A stretch of DNA of 32,000 nt from Erysipelothrix larvae (GTDB lineage Bacteria; Bacillota_I; Bacilli_A; Erysipelotrichales; Erysipelotrichaceae): contig NZ_CP013213.1 in assembly GCF_001545095.1 (NCBI RefSeq), forward strand, positions 1,950,001 to 1,982,000, given 5' to 3'. The notes beneath the pieces are model-generated. The model was not told the origin of the DNA and did no database searches. It saw only the letters and a list, made by a program, of their open reading frames with translations. This document shows, in pieces, positions 1-11,056 of this stretch. Position numbers and translations under genes: made by a program. The stretch's first letter is position 1. Every line of letters begins with the position of its first letter.

Positions 1-1
1 C

Positions 2-1033
<1,032 letters not shown>

Positions 1034-1048
1034 AAATAGTATAGGTGA

Positions 1049-2518
<1,470 letters not shown>

Positions 2519-2533
2519 AACCTTTGTGATGCG

Positions 2534-2568
2534 ATAAGAAAACAACACCCACTTAAACAAGCGGGTGT
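2534..2568 (-). terminator. Probable terminator of the ATPase/fur-family operon
   Basis: On the - strand, ACACCC..loop..GGGTGT (plus-strand 2545-2550 and 2563-2568) is followed by TGTTTTCTTAT. Confidence 0.5.
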
Positions 2569-2576
2569 CATGAATT

Positions 2577-2963
2577 TCAGTTCTTTTTTAAACAGTCCTT
2601 ACACAAACCTTCAAAGAAGACCGTATGACTGAGTACCTTTCCTTCAAGGGCTTTATTGATGGATTCGATGTCTGATACGGATACATCCACATCCACATCA
2701 ATGACTTTACCGCATTGTGAACAAATAAAGTGATTGTGAGGGTGGAGGTTTTTATCATAGATAAATCCATAATCTGGATGTTTTACACGATTAATCTGTC
2801 CGTCTTCAAAGAGGACATTGAGATTTCGGTAGACGGTTGCGATTCCAATGGAAACACCATCGGCACGCAAGAGTGCATGCACTTGATCGGCAGTCATATG
2901 ACCATCTGAATGATTAATGAGCTCATAGATTGAGTCGCGTAATTGTGTTTTCCTACGTGTCAT
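2577..2963 (-). CDS. Fur family metalloregulator (128 aa; Fur/PerR-like)
   Basis: Winged-helix N-terminal region (ATVYRNLNVL), His-rich HPHNHFICSQCGKV with a CxxC, and a second CxxC (CKDC) at the C-terminus, which is the typical Cys4 structural Zn site. It lies 36 nt downstream of the ATPase on the same strand. Confidence 0.85.
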   Translation of the reverse strand: MTRRKTQLRDSIYELINHSDGHMTADQVHALLRADGVSIGIATVYRNLNVLFEDGQINRVKHPDYGFIYDKNLHPHNHFICSQCGKVIDVDVDVSVSDIESINKALEGKVLSHTVFFEGLCKDCLKKN

Positions 2964-2999
2964 TGTTTCTTTTTCCTTTCTTTACCCCGTTGATACTTA

Positions 3000-4835
3000 T
3001 TATTCTATATTACGAAGCATTCTAAGTCCATTCATTATCACTAAAATTGTACTTCCTTCATGAAATACAACCCCAAGTGGTAATGGGAGTGAGCGTGTGA
3101 AATTCAAGATTATGAGGCAAGCAATTACAGACAATGAGAATATGATATTTTGTCTGGAAATCTTTTTAAGGCGTTTTGATAGTTTTATTGCATAAGCAAC
3201 ATTGGATAAGTTGGGTGTTGTAAGCACAATATCTGAGGTTTCAATGGCAATATCGGTACCATTACTCATCGCAATCCCAATGCTTGCACTGGCAAGTGCA
3301 GGTGCATCATTAATCCCATCTCCAATCATACCAACGGTATCATAGAGTGTTAAGAGCTCTTGGATATGATGGGCTTTTTGATCAGGTAGTGATTTCGCAA
3401 TCACTGTATCAATCCCCAATTGTTTCCCAATCCGATTCGCAACATGTTCATTATCCCCTGTAATCATGACTGGTTCAATATGATTCTGTTTCAACCAAGC
3501 TACAAGCTCTTGTGCTTCATCCCGTACTGTATCTGCAATCGCAAAGTAACCAATACAGACTTCATCATTTGAAATGTAAACCAAAGAATACCCTTCACTG
3601 CTGTCTTGTTGGGCTTGGGCAAGGATAGTTACCGGAATATCATGCATATAGGCTTCACTGCCCAGTTTAAACACAGATCCTTCATAAACGCCTTGAATTC
3701 CATACCCTTTGACTTCTTGGATCATCGATACATTAACTGTCTCATTTTCTTGACGTAAATACTCAGTGATTGCATGTGCTAAGGGATGGGTGGATTGTTC
3801 TTCAAGAACCCTTAAGATACTTAATGGGAATTGATGGTGTTTCTCAAGGTTCATGCGTACTACTTTAGGCTTTCCTTCAGTAATGGTTCCTGTCTTATCA
3901 AAGGCAAGGGCTTTAATCTCAGACAATAATTCAAAGTAAGCTCCCCCTTTTACTAAAATACCATGGCGTGATCCATTTGAGATTGCTGCAAGTGTAGCTG
4001 GTGTTACAGATGCTACCAGTGCACATGGGGATGCAACGACAAGCAATACGATGCCTGTATAAAATGCGGATTCAAAAGGTTTGTGTAATAAGTACATCTC
4101 GCCAAGAATCACAACCACAACCGCAATAATAACCCCCAAGGCATACTTCCCTTCAATCTTTTCAATCAGTGAAGATGCTTTGGATTGATGGGATTGTGCC
4201 GCTTCAACCATTTTCACAATTCGTTTTAATACCATATCATCGGGATTTTTGTCTACAACAAGGCGCATTGGATTACTCATATTAAGCGTACCACCAAATA
4301 CACCATCCCCTACCCCTTTTTCAACGGGTACGGATTCACCCGTAATGCTTGATTCTTCAAAGTCGGATTGACCTTGTTCAATGGTTCCATCTACTGGAAC
4401 CAATTCTCCAGATGCTACTTGAATTCGATCATTGATTTGGATGTCTTCCACAGCAATAACCTCTAAAGTCCCATCACGGTTTATGCGTGTTGCACTTTGG
4501 GGTTGTTTTTCCATTAAAGATCGAATATCACGATTGCTGCGATCCAATGTCATGTCTTCAAGACTGCCTGCAAGTGAGAAGATAAAGATAAGAATTGCCC
4601 CTTCTTTAAAATCACCCAAGGCACAGGCACCGAATGCTGAAAGGATCATCAACAGTTCGATGTTAAGTCGTTTGTTTTGAAAGCTATCTTTTAAGCCTTC
4701 TTTTGTTTGGTGGTACCCACCAATACAAATTGCTCCAATAAAAAACATCCATGAAATCTCTTCAGGTACCACAATCCCCAGTAGAATTAATCCTCCACAG
4801 GTAAGTGTCGTCCACATTGCCTTCAATAGATTCAT
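3000..4835 (-). CDS. P1B-4 type heavy-metal P-type ATPase (PfeT/FrvA/CtpD-like, likely Fe(II)/Co(II) efflux)
   Basis: Motifs TGES, DKTGTIT, MITGDN, GDGINDAPAL. SPC in the TM helix (VASPCALV) and HEGSTxxxxxNG in the last TM region are the P1B-4 signature. No N-terminal metal-binding domain. Start moved to ATG 4835 (MNLLKAMW), which has GGAGGT 5 nt upstream. The 29 upstream codons of the tracked ORF overlap the operator and promoter. Confidence 0.9.
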   Translation of the reverse strand: MNLLKAMWTTLTCGGLILLGIVVPEEISWMFFIGAICIGGYHQTKEGLKDSFQNKRLNIELLMILSAFGACALGDFKEGAILIFIFSLAGSLEDMTLDRSNRDIRSLMEKQPQSATRINRDGTLEVIAVEDIQINDRIQVASGELVPVDGTIEQGQSDFEESSITGESVPVEKGVGDGVFGGTLNMSNPMRLVVDKNPDDMVLKRIVKMVEAAQSHQSKASSLIEKIEGKYALGVIIAVVVVILGEMYLLHKPFESAFYTGIVLLVVASPCALVASVTPATLAAISNGSRHGILVKGGAYFELLSEIKALAFDKTGTITEGKPKVVRMNLEKHHQFPLSILRVLEEQSTHPLAHAITEYLRQENETVNVSMIQEVKGYGIQGVYEGSVFKLGSEAYMHDIPVTILAQAQQDSSEGYSLVYISNDEVCIGYFAIADTVRDEAQELVAWLKQNHIEPVMITGDNEHVANRIGKQLGIDTVIAKSLPDQKAHHIQELLTLYDTVGMIGDGINDAPALASASIGIAMSNGTDIAIETSDIVLTTPNLSNVAYAIKLSKRLKKISRQNIIFSLSVIACLIILNFTRSLPLPLGVVFHEGSTILVIMNGLRMLRNIE

Positions 4836-4851
4836 ATTAAACCTCCAATAA

Positions 4852-4866
4852 TGATAATCATTATCA
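4852..4866. promoter_or_regulatory. Fur box (7-1-7 inverted repeat TGATAATCATTATCA)
   Basis: Exact match to the B. subtilis Fur 7-1-7 consensus TGATAATnATTATCA. The 19-mer AATAATGATAATCATTATC (4847-4865) matches the classical GATAATGATAATCATTATC at 18 of 19 positions. It sits between the putative -10 and the ribosome-binding site of the ATPase. Confidence 0.75.
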
Positions 4867-4874
4867 CTATTAAT

Positions 4875-4903
4875 AGTATAACTCTTTTTATAACAATAAA
4901 CAA
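4875..4903 (-). promoter_or_regulatory. Putative sigma-A promoter of the ATPase/fur-family operon
   Basis: On the - strand: TTGTTT (4898-4903), 17-nt spacer, TATACT (4875-4880). The Fur box starts 8 nt downstream of the -10. Confidence 0.5.
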
Positions 4904-4925
4904 TGTTTTTAGATGATTTCACATA

Positions 4926-4962
4926 ATAAAAAAAGGTTATGCGAGGTGTATCTCACATAACC
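4926..4962 (-). terminator. Rho-independent terminator after the LCP gene
   Basis: GGTTATG (4935-4941) pairs with CATAACC (4956-4962), with an inner GAG/CTC pair. On the - strand it is followed by TTTTTTTATT. Confidence 0.65.
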
Positions 4963-4976
4963 TAAGTACTTACTTA

Positions 4977-6437
4977 TTAATCAACACTAATCACTTCACC
5001 ATTTTCCATTTGATGGATTAATGATGATGCACGGTTTACTGAATCTTGGTTTGGAATCATAATGTATAGATTACGTCCAGGCATACTGTATGTAACACCC
5101 GATGATCCCGTACCGGTTAATTGTACTTGTTGGATATCCCAGCTTTCCATCGAATCCACTTGATGACGAATAATGGATGTGAGTTCACTTTCTGAGAAAC
5201 TCATTTGAAGTGAACCTGACACTGAGTTAAGGACTGAACTAAAGCGTGTAATAATGGATGGTGACATTGCTTTATTTAAGATTCCTTGTACAAGTTGTTG
5301 TTGGTGGTAAACACGATCATTATCACCATTTGGCAAGTTGTAACGTTCACGCACAAATGACAATGCTTGTGCGCCATTTACTGAGTTATTCCCTGCAGTA
5401 AATCGATATCCACCGTGTAACGTAACAAAGTTATATTTAGTATAAACTTCAACACCACCCAAAGCATCCACAATATCCGTTACAGATGAGAAATTAACAC
5501 GAACATAGAAGTCAATATCGATGTTCAATAAGTTTTCAAGTGTATTCATGGATTCTTCAACACCATAAAGTCCCGCATGAGTGAGTTTATCCTTCGCACC
5601 TCGTGATGCAAGGGTTACGAAGTAATCACGTGGAATACTTGTGAGTAAAATTTGATTTGTTTTTGGGTTTACGGTAATAATCATATTCACATCTGAACGT
5701 GATACTGTGGAAACTGGTCCATAGGTATCAATTCCACTGAGGAAGATACTGTAGGTTTCCTTTAAGACGTCAGGTCGTGTGTCTCTTTGTACGACTTCTT
5801 CTTCATATTTATAAGACGCAATAATACGTACGTTACTTGTGAAGTTTTCATCAATTTCATCCATTAATGACATGTTCCCTTCACTCATAATGATCACTTT
5901 AACCGTTCCATCATAGAGATCATCAATCATGGTTTCATAATCAGAATATGCCTTAATTGAGATATCAATGTTGTCTTTCTCTTTAATAAGGGTTACTGCA
6001 CGGTTTGCAGTTTCTTGTTCTTGTTGTGTATTTACACCAAACTGCTCATCTTTGACATCGGAAATATTTTTCGCAGGACTTTCATCCAATACAAGAACGT
6101 TAATAACGTGTGTATTTGTACTCCCACCTGTCACACCACCAATAAAACTACTGGCATTCATGACGTAGATGGTTCCCAGTAAAATCGCAATCGATAATAT
6201 TAAACTGATAATTCGTGATGCAAAGCCTTTGTTCTTAATGACCCATAGACCCATCAAGATAAGGAGCAGTACGATCACGCCCATTGCAATTAATAGATAA
6301 CGTGTTGGTAAAACATTCGCATCGATAATTGCGTAAATCGATAACGCAGAAAATAACGCTTGAATTCCCAAGACTACCCATCCAAAACGTTTCATTGTAA
6401 GATCTCTTTTTGGATTTGATCCTTTTTGTTTCTTCAT
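4977..6437 (-). CDS. LCP (LytR-CpsA-Psr) family cell-wall glycopolymer ligase (486 aa)
   Basis: N-terminal hydrophobic TM segments. The LCP core contains MIITVNPKTNQILLTSIPRDYFV and RERYNLPNGDNDR. There is a C-terminal LytR_C-like tail. Confidence 0.88.
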   Translation of the reverse strand: MKKQKGSNPKRDLTMKRFGWVVLGIQALFSALSIYAIIDANVLPTRYLLIAMGVIVLLLILMGLWVIKNKGFASRIISLILSIAILLGTIYVMNASSFIGGVTGGSTNTHVINVLVLDESPAKNISDVKDEQFGVNTQQEQETANRAVTLIKEKDNIDISIKAYSDYETMIDDLYDGTVKVIIMSEGNMSLMDEIDENFTSNVRIIASYKYEEEVVQRDTRPDVLKETYSIFLSGIDTYGPVSTVSRSDVNMIITVNPKTNQILLTSIPRDYFVTLASRGAKDKLTHAGLYGVEESMNTLENLLNIDIDFYVRVNFSSVTDIVDALGGVEVYTKYNFVTLHGGYRFTAGNNSVNGAQALSFVRERYNLPNGDNDRVYHQQQLVQGILNKAMSPSIITRFSSVLNSVSGSLQMSFSESELTSIIRHQVDSMESWDIQQVQLTGTGSSGVTYSMPGRNLYIMIPNQDSVNRASSLIHQMENGEVISVD

Positions 6438-6454
6438 ATATACCTCTCATCGGA

Positions 6455-6466
6455 TTTTTTTTTTTT
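6455..6466. repeat. Homopolymer T12 (A12 on the LCP coding strand) in the LCP 5' UTR
   Basis: Counted directly: 12 consecutive T, 18 nt upstream of the LCP ATG and just 5' of the GAGAGG ribosome-binding site. Confidence 0.95.
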
Positions 6467-6525
6467 AAATCATAGATGACCCACAGCATGGATATACCTT
6501 AGTATCATCATAACATAACTTGCAA

Positions 6526-6554
6526 ATTATACGCTAAAATTCGAAGATTTTCAA
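6526..6554 (-). promoter_or_regulatory. Near-consensus sigma-A promoter of the LCP gene
   Basis: On the - strand: TTGAAA (6549-6554), 17-nt spacer, TATAAT (6526-6531). Predicts a leader of about 80 nt. Confidence 0.6.
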
Positions 6555-6780
6555 ATTTCTTAAAGACCCAGAAACATTTGTCAGGATGAAAAATTTTAAA
6601 GCCCTCGGATTTATCATGATAACCTAACCTTACCAATCACGCATATAGCCTTATTTTACGATATTATCGTCATATTTCATAGACTCAATCTTACGGTTTC
6701 TTCATAACTTTTTTACACCCATGACCAATTTTGTGAAATTGTGAGATAACACGAAAAGAGTCTGTATTTTTTTAGCCGTT

Positions 6781-6806
6781 TTAAAAAGGAAGTGGGGAAC
6801 ACTTCC
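6781..6806 (-). terminator. Terminator of the padR/DUF2812 operon
   Basis: GGAAGTG (6788-6794) pairs with CACTTCC (6800-6806) around a 5-nt loop. On the - strand it is followed by TTTTTAAAA. Confidence 0.55.
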
Positions 6807-6881
6807 TTAGTATCGGTATGTTTGTTTTTTTAAATCAAACACTCAGGTATATCAATTTCAAGAGTAACAATGCCATAAGCG

Positions 6882-8147
6882 TTATCTTTGACTTATGTGT
6901 GCGTTTGTAATTTCATTGATGAGTTCAGTGAGTGAGTCATATGTACTGATGTCTCCTAATATGAAGATATTATTGATACGGTGGACAAACTCATTGGCAA
7001 ACATGCCTTGTGAAGCTGTTTGATTCTCAATATAGAAATGGTTCGTTGTTGCGAATGTCACCAGAGCGTTCAGGCGTTGTTGTTTTGAAGCATAAATCTC
7101 AACACGCATCGTATCACATTCAACACCAATATACTCCACAACAATTGATTCCCTACGTGTCACACGACAGGTTGTATTGGTTTCTAGGAGTTCATCCAAG
7201 GCGTGTAGCTGTAATCCTGTACTACGCAGTTCAATTGGTTGAGTTGATGATTCATGGATCCTTGAGGATTGTTGGAAGGTTGTAAGAAGTCCATAAACAC
7301 TTAGGCCAATGCAGGCGATGCTTGGAATCAAATAGAAGATGATTTTCTCACCTATTTTCGCATCATTTTTCACCATAACAACAAGCAATACACCCGACAC
7401 AAACAAGGCAATCAAGGATAAAATAAACACAATCCAGGCATTTGAGAAGTTAAACATGATGAGCATGATCGTACTGAAGACACCTGCCATTAACATCAAC
7501 AGGAAATACAATCCCAAGGCGTCGTTGAGTGTGTGATGAGTAATGGTGAAGCTTGAAGGAGTCGTGTATTCAGACTGTTTTATGTGTTTATATGCAAAAT
7601 ATCCCACCCTCACATACTTAATAATTCCATAAACAAGAATCAATATAAACAGCACGAAGATGATTAATCCCGCATTGGATTGTATCATCGGCTGAATAAG
7701 CGAATTCAATGCGTGTCCATAAAACCAAATAATCCAACACAACACCATTGATAGTAAATCTTGCATCGTTGATTGAAATATCATGACCCGTTTGTCATGG
7801 TTTGATTCATGTTCAAGTTCACGATCTGTAATGTGTGTCACATCTTGAGGTCGATCTAAGATTTCAAAAAACCGTGTACGACCAACTCCGTGATAGTCAA
7901 AGGTTTCCAGATAATTGATGTGAGACGCAAGTTCATTTCGATACGCTTGTTTCTTTTTACTTCTAAATCGTCCATAGTCTATCAAGACTGTATAGCCTCT
8001 TTGTCGACTGGGATCATATTCAAAGACTATAAACTTCCAAATAACCGTTTTAAAGTGCCATCCTTCACGTGCATAAAGATTTAATAACCCTTCTAAGTTT
8101 TGTGAATCCAGTGCATTCAACCCTATAAATCGTATTTTAGTTTTCAT
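6882..8147 (-). CDS. DUF2812-like multi-pass membrane protein, paralog C (421 aa)
   Basis: N-terminal MKTKIRFIGLNALDSQNLEGLLNLYAREGWHFK...FEYDP fits the DUF2812 pattern (xxWLNxMAxxGW...FE). A central block of hydrophobic helices follows. The C-terminal domain has two Cys conserved among the three paralogs. AAGGGGGA ribosome-binding site. Confidence 0.8.
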   Translation of the reverse strand: MKTKIRFIGLNALDSQNLEGLLNLYAREGWHFKTVIWKFIVFEYDPSRQRGYTVLIDYGRFRSKKKQAYRNELASHINYLETFDYHGVGRTRFFEILDRPQDVTHITDRELEHESNHDKRVMIFQSTMQDLLSMVLCWIIWFYGHALNSLIQPMIQSNAGLIIFVLFILILVYGIIKYVRVGYFAYKHIKQSEYTTPSSFTITHHTLNDALGLYFLLMLMAGVFSTIMLIMFNFSNAWIVFILSLIALFVSGVLLVVMVKNDAKIGEKIIFYLIPSIACIGLSVYGLLTTFQQSSRIHESSTQPIELRSTGLQLHALDELLETNTTCRVTRRESIVVEYIGVECDTMRVEIYASKQQRLNALVTFATTNHFYIENQTASQGMFANEFVHRINNIFILGDISTYDSLTELINEITNAHISQR

Positions 8148-8169
8148 GACATCCCCCTTAATGTTTTTA

Positions 8170-9408
8170 TTATTTTTGATTCAGCTCATCCATAAAGTAT
8201 TGTGGTATTTCTCGATAACTCATGATGATGACATTATCGCTGCGATACACATGTCTTTGAAATTTTGATGTTGTTATTGGCGTGTGATTTGGAATATTAA
8301 ACATGCCAGTGGTAGCTTTGCTTACAAGTGGAGTCAGCGTATCATGGTGTGATACATATACCCAAATACTGTTTGAATCACAGAATAGATCAACAGAACC
8401 TGCAGCTTTTGAATTGGATTGTGAAACACGGCAATTCTGGTTTTCTTGGATCATGGTGTCGAAACTCTCCAAGGCGATGAGGGTGATTGAAGATCCTGAA
8501 TGAACAACATCATCCGCTTCATCATACACCCCAGTGTTTGTCTCAATGCTTTTAAACACAAGAAACAAAAGGAAAATAGAAAATGCAATAGACATGATGT
8601 AGCCCAGGATAACCATCCATGATTTGCTCTTTGTGTTGATAAATCCAACGATAAGAAGTACCACACCACACGCGATAACCATCATTAACAAGAGTGTAAA
8701 CAAGAACATATCACCATGTGCCATTGATATTAGGGTGCCAAAACATAACACGATTAAAACCGCAAAGAACATAAAATCTAGAATATCAAGTGCCCTATTA
8801 TGCGTTGCATAGAATTTCTTTGGCGTTGGATTCTCATAATTTTTGTAATAGCGATACCCCAATCGAATCATGCGTGTGCTTGAAACGAGGGAATAGCCAA
8901 ACAACAGCATCATTACCATAATGATTGTTAAACCGGAATTTGTAAAAAGCAAGGATGAAACTGATTGGACAAAATTAAACGTAAATATGATCGCAAAATT
9001 AACCAAAGTAAGGATTGCTCTGTTTCGAAGCGTCCTATAAACGAGTTTTCGTTTTGGTTTACTGACTGATTCATCAAGGTCAATGTCCGTAATATACTTT
9101 CCGTCATAGGGTTTCTCTAAAATAATAAAGTCATAGGTTTCAAGTACTTTATGGTAATCAAAGTCTTCAAGATAATCGATCGTATTATTCAGTTCATATA
9201 AGTAATCCGCTTTATTATTCGTTGTGAATACACTGTAATCTGTCAATACGATATACCGACGATTTCGACTTGGATCAGCTTCAAAGCACAAAATATTCCA
9301 TATTTTCTTCTTTAGATACCACCCTTCATGAGCATACCTGTTGAGAAGAATTTCAAGATTATGTTGATCTGTTGGCTGTAAATTAATATATCGAAATTTA
9401 TGCTTCAT
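8170..9408 (-). CDS. DUF2812-like multi-pass membrane protein, paralog B (412 aa)
   Basis: Same architecture as paralog C. N-terminus MKHKFRYINLQPTDQHNLEILLNRYAHEGWYLK. C-terminal tail ...IIMSYREIPQYFMDELNQK is nearly identical to paralog A. AAGGAG ribosome-binding site. Confidence 0.8.
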   Translation of the reverse strand: MKHKFRYINLQPTDQHNLEILLNRYAHEGWYLKKKIWNILCFEADPSRNRRYIVLTDYSVFTTNNKADYLYELNNTIDYLEDFDYHKVLETYDFIILEKPYDGKYITDIDLDESVSKPKRKLVYRTLRNRAILTLVNFAIIFTFNFVQSVSSLLFTNSGLTIIMVMMLLFGYSLVSSTRMIRLGYRYYKNYENPTPKKFYATHNRALDILDFMFFAVLIVLCFGTLISMAHGDMFLFTLLLMMVIACGVVLLIVGFINTKSKSWMVILGYIMSIAFSIFLLFLVFKSIETNTGVYDEADDVVHSGSSITLIALESFDTMIQENQNCRVSQSNSKAAGSVDLFCDSNSIWVYVSHHDTLTPLVSKATTGMFNIPNHTPITTSKFQRHVYRSDNVIIMSYREIPQYFMDELNQK

Positions 9409-9431
9409 AGTTTCTCCTTATATGTGATGTT

Positions 9432-10661
9432 CTAGCGACTATTGAGCTCATCAATAAAGTATTGTGGTATTTCTCGATAACTCAAGAGTATTGTATGATT
9501 CACTCGAAATGCTGTTTGAAAGCCTCGTGTTGATAATGTGGAGGTTTGCTCTGGAAGGTTAAAGGTACCGACGCCACTCCATATCACAAAGGGTAAGAAT
9601 TGCTCAGTCTTTGACACCACCACGCTGATGTCTTGTGAATCACACCATATCTCAACCTTTGTCACAAGCAGTGAGTCCGATTGGTTGAAGCTACATTGCG
9701 TATTTTCTTCTAAAAATCTATCAAAACTTTCCATTTTAAGATGCGTTATTTGGTGTGCATCTGAAATTGGACGCATATTTGACGCCCCCTCTTCATGGTT
9801 AAGCACTAACATAAAGCATACACAGAACATCGCAAGACTGATAAACCCTGATATCATGAGGACAATGCGTCTTCGTAGCGTCATTGATTCTGATCTCGTC
9901 CCAAACGCAAACAAGTTCACTGTGAGAATCAGGGATACAAGTATGCCGAATATCATCACAAACTGGGATGGATTGTTGGTCATCCCAACCCATACAAATA
10001 ACACGATGGAAAGGATGAATAACCCCATCTTCCACAGATCTTTTGAACTATGTTTAGTTTGCTTGAACCGTTGAGGAATTGGATTTCTATACTGACGATA
10101 GTACCCATGTGCCGCTTTGATTCTCATAAAACCATCCATAATAATCCAAATCATGAGCCCACATAGAAACAGAAGATACATAATCCCATAGTTTGAAGCA
10201 ATAAAGAGTGCAATTGTATTCACTGGATTACCAATGAACATGATTTGATACCATAAGATACTTAGAATTTCTTCCAAAAAGACTGAACGAAATATCTTTT
10301 TTCGATTGGGTTTGCTGGTAGTCTCATCTACGAACTCATCCGTGATAAACTGTGATGTTTTCGATGCTTCAAGTACAACAAAGTATCGGTACTTAAGGAT
10401 GGTTTTGTAGTCAAATAATTCATAAGCATCGAGCTGTTTTTGTAAATCCGCTTCATTTTTTGCTTGGCTGAGTCGTGACATTGCATTATAATTCATCACT
10501 ACAATAATCCGACAATCACGTGTTGGATCATATTCAAAGAACAGTACGTCAAACACGATCTTCTTGATATACCACCCTTCGTGTGCATATTCGTTGAGTA
10601 GATATTCAAGATTTTGTTGGTCAACTACGCTCAGTTTTGTAAACCTCAGTTTATATTTCAT
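9432..10661 (-). CDS. DUF2812-like multi-pass membrane protein, paralog A (409 aa from ATG 10661)
   Basis: Start set at MKYKLRFTKL by alignment with the paralog starts MKHKFRY and MKTKIRF. The tracked ORF begins 7 codons earlier at a TTG directly abutting the padR stop. 28 of the first 48 residues are identical to paralog B, counted by eye. Confidence 0.8.
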   Translation of the reverse strand: MKYKLRFTKLSVVDQQNLEYLLNEYAHEGWYIKKIVFDVLFFEYDPTRDCRIIVVMNYNAMSRLSQAKNEADLQKQLDAYELFDYKTILKYRYFVVLEASKTSQFITDEFVDETTSKPNRKKIFRSVFLEEILSILWYQIMFIGNPVNTIALFIASNYGIMYLLFLCGLMIWIIMDGFMRIKAAHGYYRQYRNPIPQRFKQTKHSSKDLWKMGLFILSIVLFVWVGMTNNPSQFVMIFGILVSLILTVNLFAFGTRSESMTLRRRIVLMISGFISLAMFCVCFMLVLNHEEGASNMRPISDAHQITHLKMESFDRFLEENTQCSFNQSDSLLVTKVEIWCDSQDISVVVSKTEQFLPFVIWSGVGTFNLPEQTSTLSTRGFQTAFRVNHTILLSYREIPQYFIDELNSR

Positions 10662-10682
10662 AACCCTTATCCCCTTCATCAA

Positions 10683-11015
10683 TCACACCTTATGATCATC
10701 CACACGTTTTTTTAATGAGTGTGCTGTTTCCAATACCTCATCAAGCCGCCTTATTTCTTCATCGAAGACATCGCGTCCTTTTTGCGTAATTTGATAGGTA
10801 CGTTTTCTTCCCTCTACCGCAATCTCTATTATCAGACCACCCTCTTCAAATTTAGAAAGAATGGTATATAAGGTTCCAGGACCCATGGGTACTCTTCCAT
10901 TACTAACCCGCGTGATGAACTCAACAATCTCAGTACCAAAGGTTTCTTTTTCATAAAAGGCCATCAGGACATAGAACATGGACTCGGTTAAATTTTTGAA
11001 TGAATCGATGATCAT
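10683..11015 (-). CDS. PadR family transcriptional regulator (about 110 aa)
   Basis: FYVLMAF...FGTEI and GPGTLYTILSKFEEGGLI...RKRTYQITQKG form the PadR winged-helix signature. The start is uncertain: ATG 11015 and GTG 11018 both sit only 0-2 nt from the GGAGG. Confidence 0.85.
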   Translation of the reverse strand: MIIDSFKNLTESMFYVLMAFYEKETFGTEIVEFITRVSNGRVPMGPGTLYTILSKFEEGGLIIEIAVEGRKRTYQITQKGRDVFDEEIRRLDEVLETAHSLKKRVDDHKV

Positions 11016-11022
11016 CACCTCC

Positions 11023-11056
11023 TAATATCGTGTTACGATATCGTCTATCGATATTA
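11023..11056. promoter_or_regulatory. Composite palindromic operator in the padR leader/promoter
   Basis: TAATATCG-N5-CGATATCG-N5-CGATATTA. The 34-bp block is symmetric in its three cores, and the spacers TGTTA and TCTAT differ. It runs from the -10 hexamer to the ribosome-binding site. Confidence 0.55.

Noticed and set aside
4836-4922. 29-codon N-terminal extension of the P-type ATPase ORF; similar extensions at 26154-26237 (cupin) and 27582-27659 (TetR)
   Set aside because: In each case an internal ATG with a proper GGAGG-type ribosome-binding site exists. The extensions would be translated from promoter or operator sequence, and they add no family-consistent residues.
6235-6489. 84-aa - strand ORF overlapping the LCP 5' end
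   Set aside because: It is off-frame relative to the LCP gene, whose N-terminal TM region it overlaps. It would start inside the LCP leader.
9538-10074. 178-aa + strand ORF inside DUF2812 paralog A, plus similar antisense or off-frame ORFs (636-851, 985-1185, 1287-1529, 2588-2770, 4432-4680, 5968-6168, 7010-7285, 7339-7536, 7890-8084, 8303-8503, 8451-8669, 8624-8812, 9799-10035, 11494-11769, 12551-12751, 14107-14319, 15440-15727, 18403-18591, 19671-19856, 21123-21347, 21499-21705, 22906-23118, 23171-23353, 24331-24537, 24542-24760, 25118-25423, 25348-25611, 25862-26080, 27174-27410, 27272-27496, 28342-28539, 28890-29120, 29198-29407, 29211-29435, 29833-30072, 30088-30300, 31261-31452)
   Set aside because: All are embedded in, or opposite to, longer ORFs with clear family motifs. 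They lack ribosome-binding sites and have odd composition, so I treat them as shadow ORFs.
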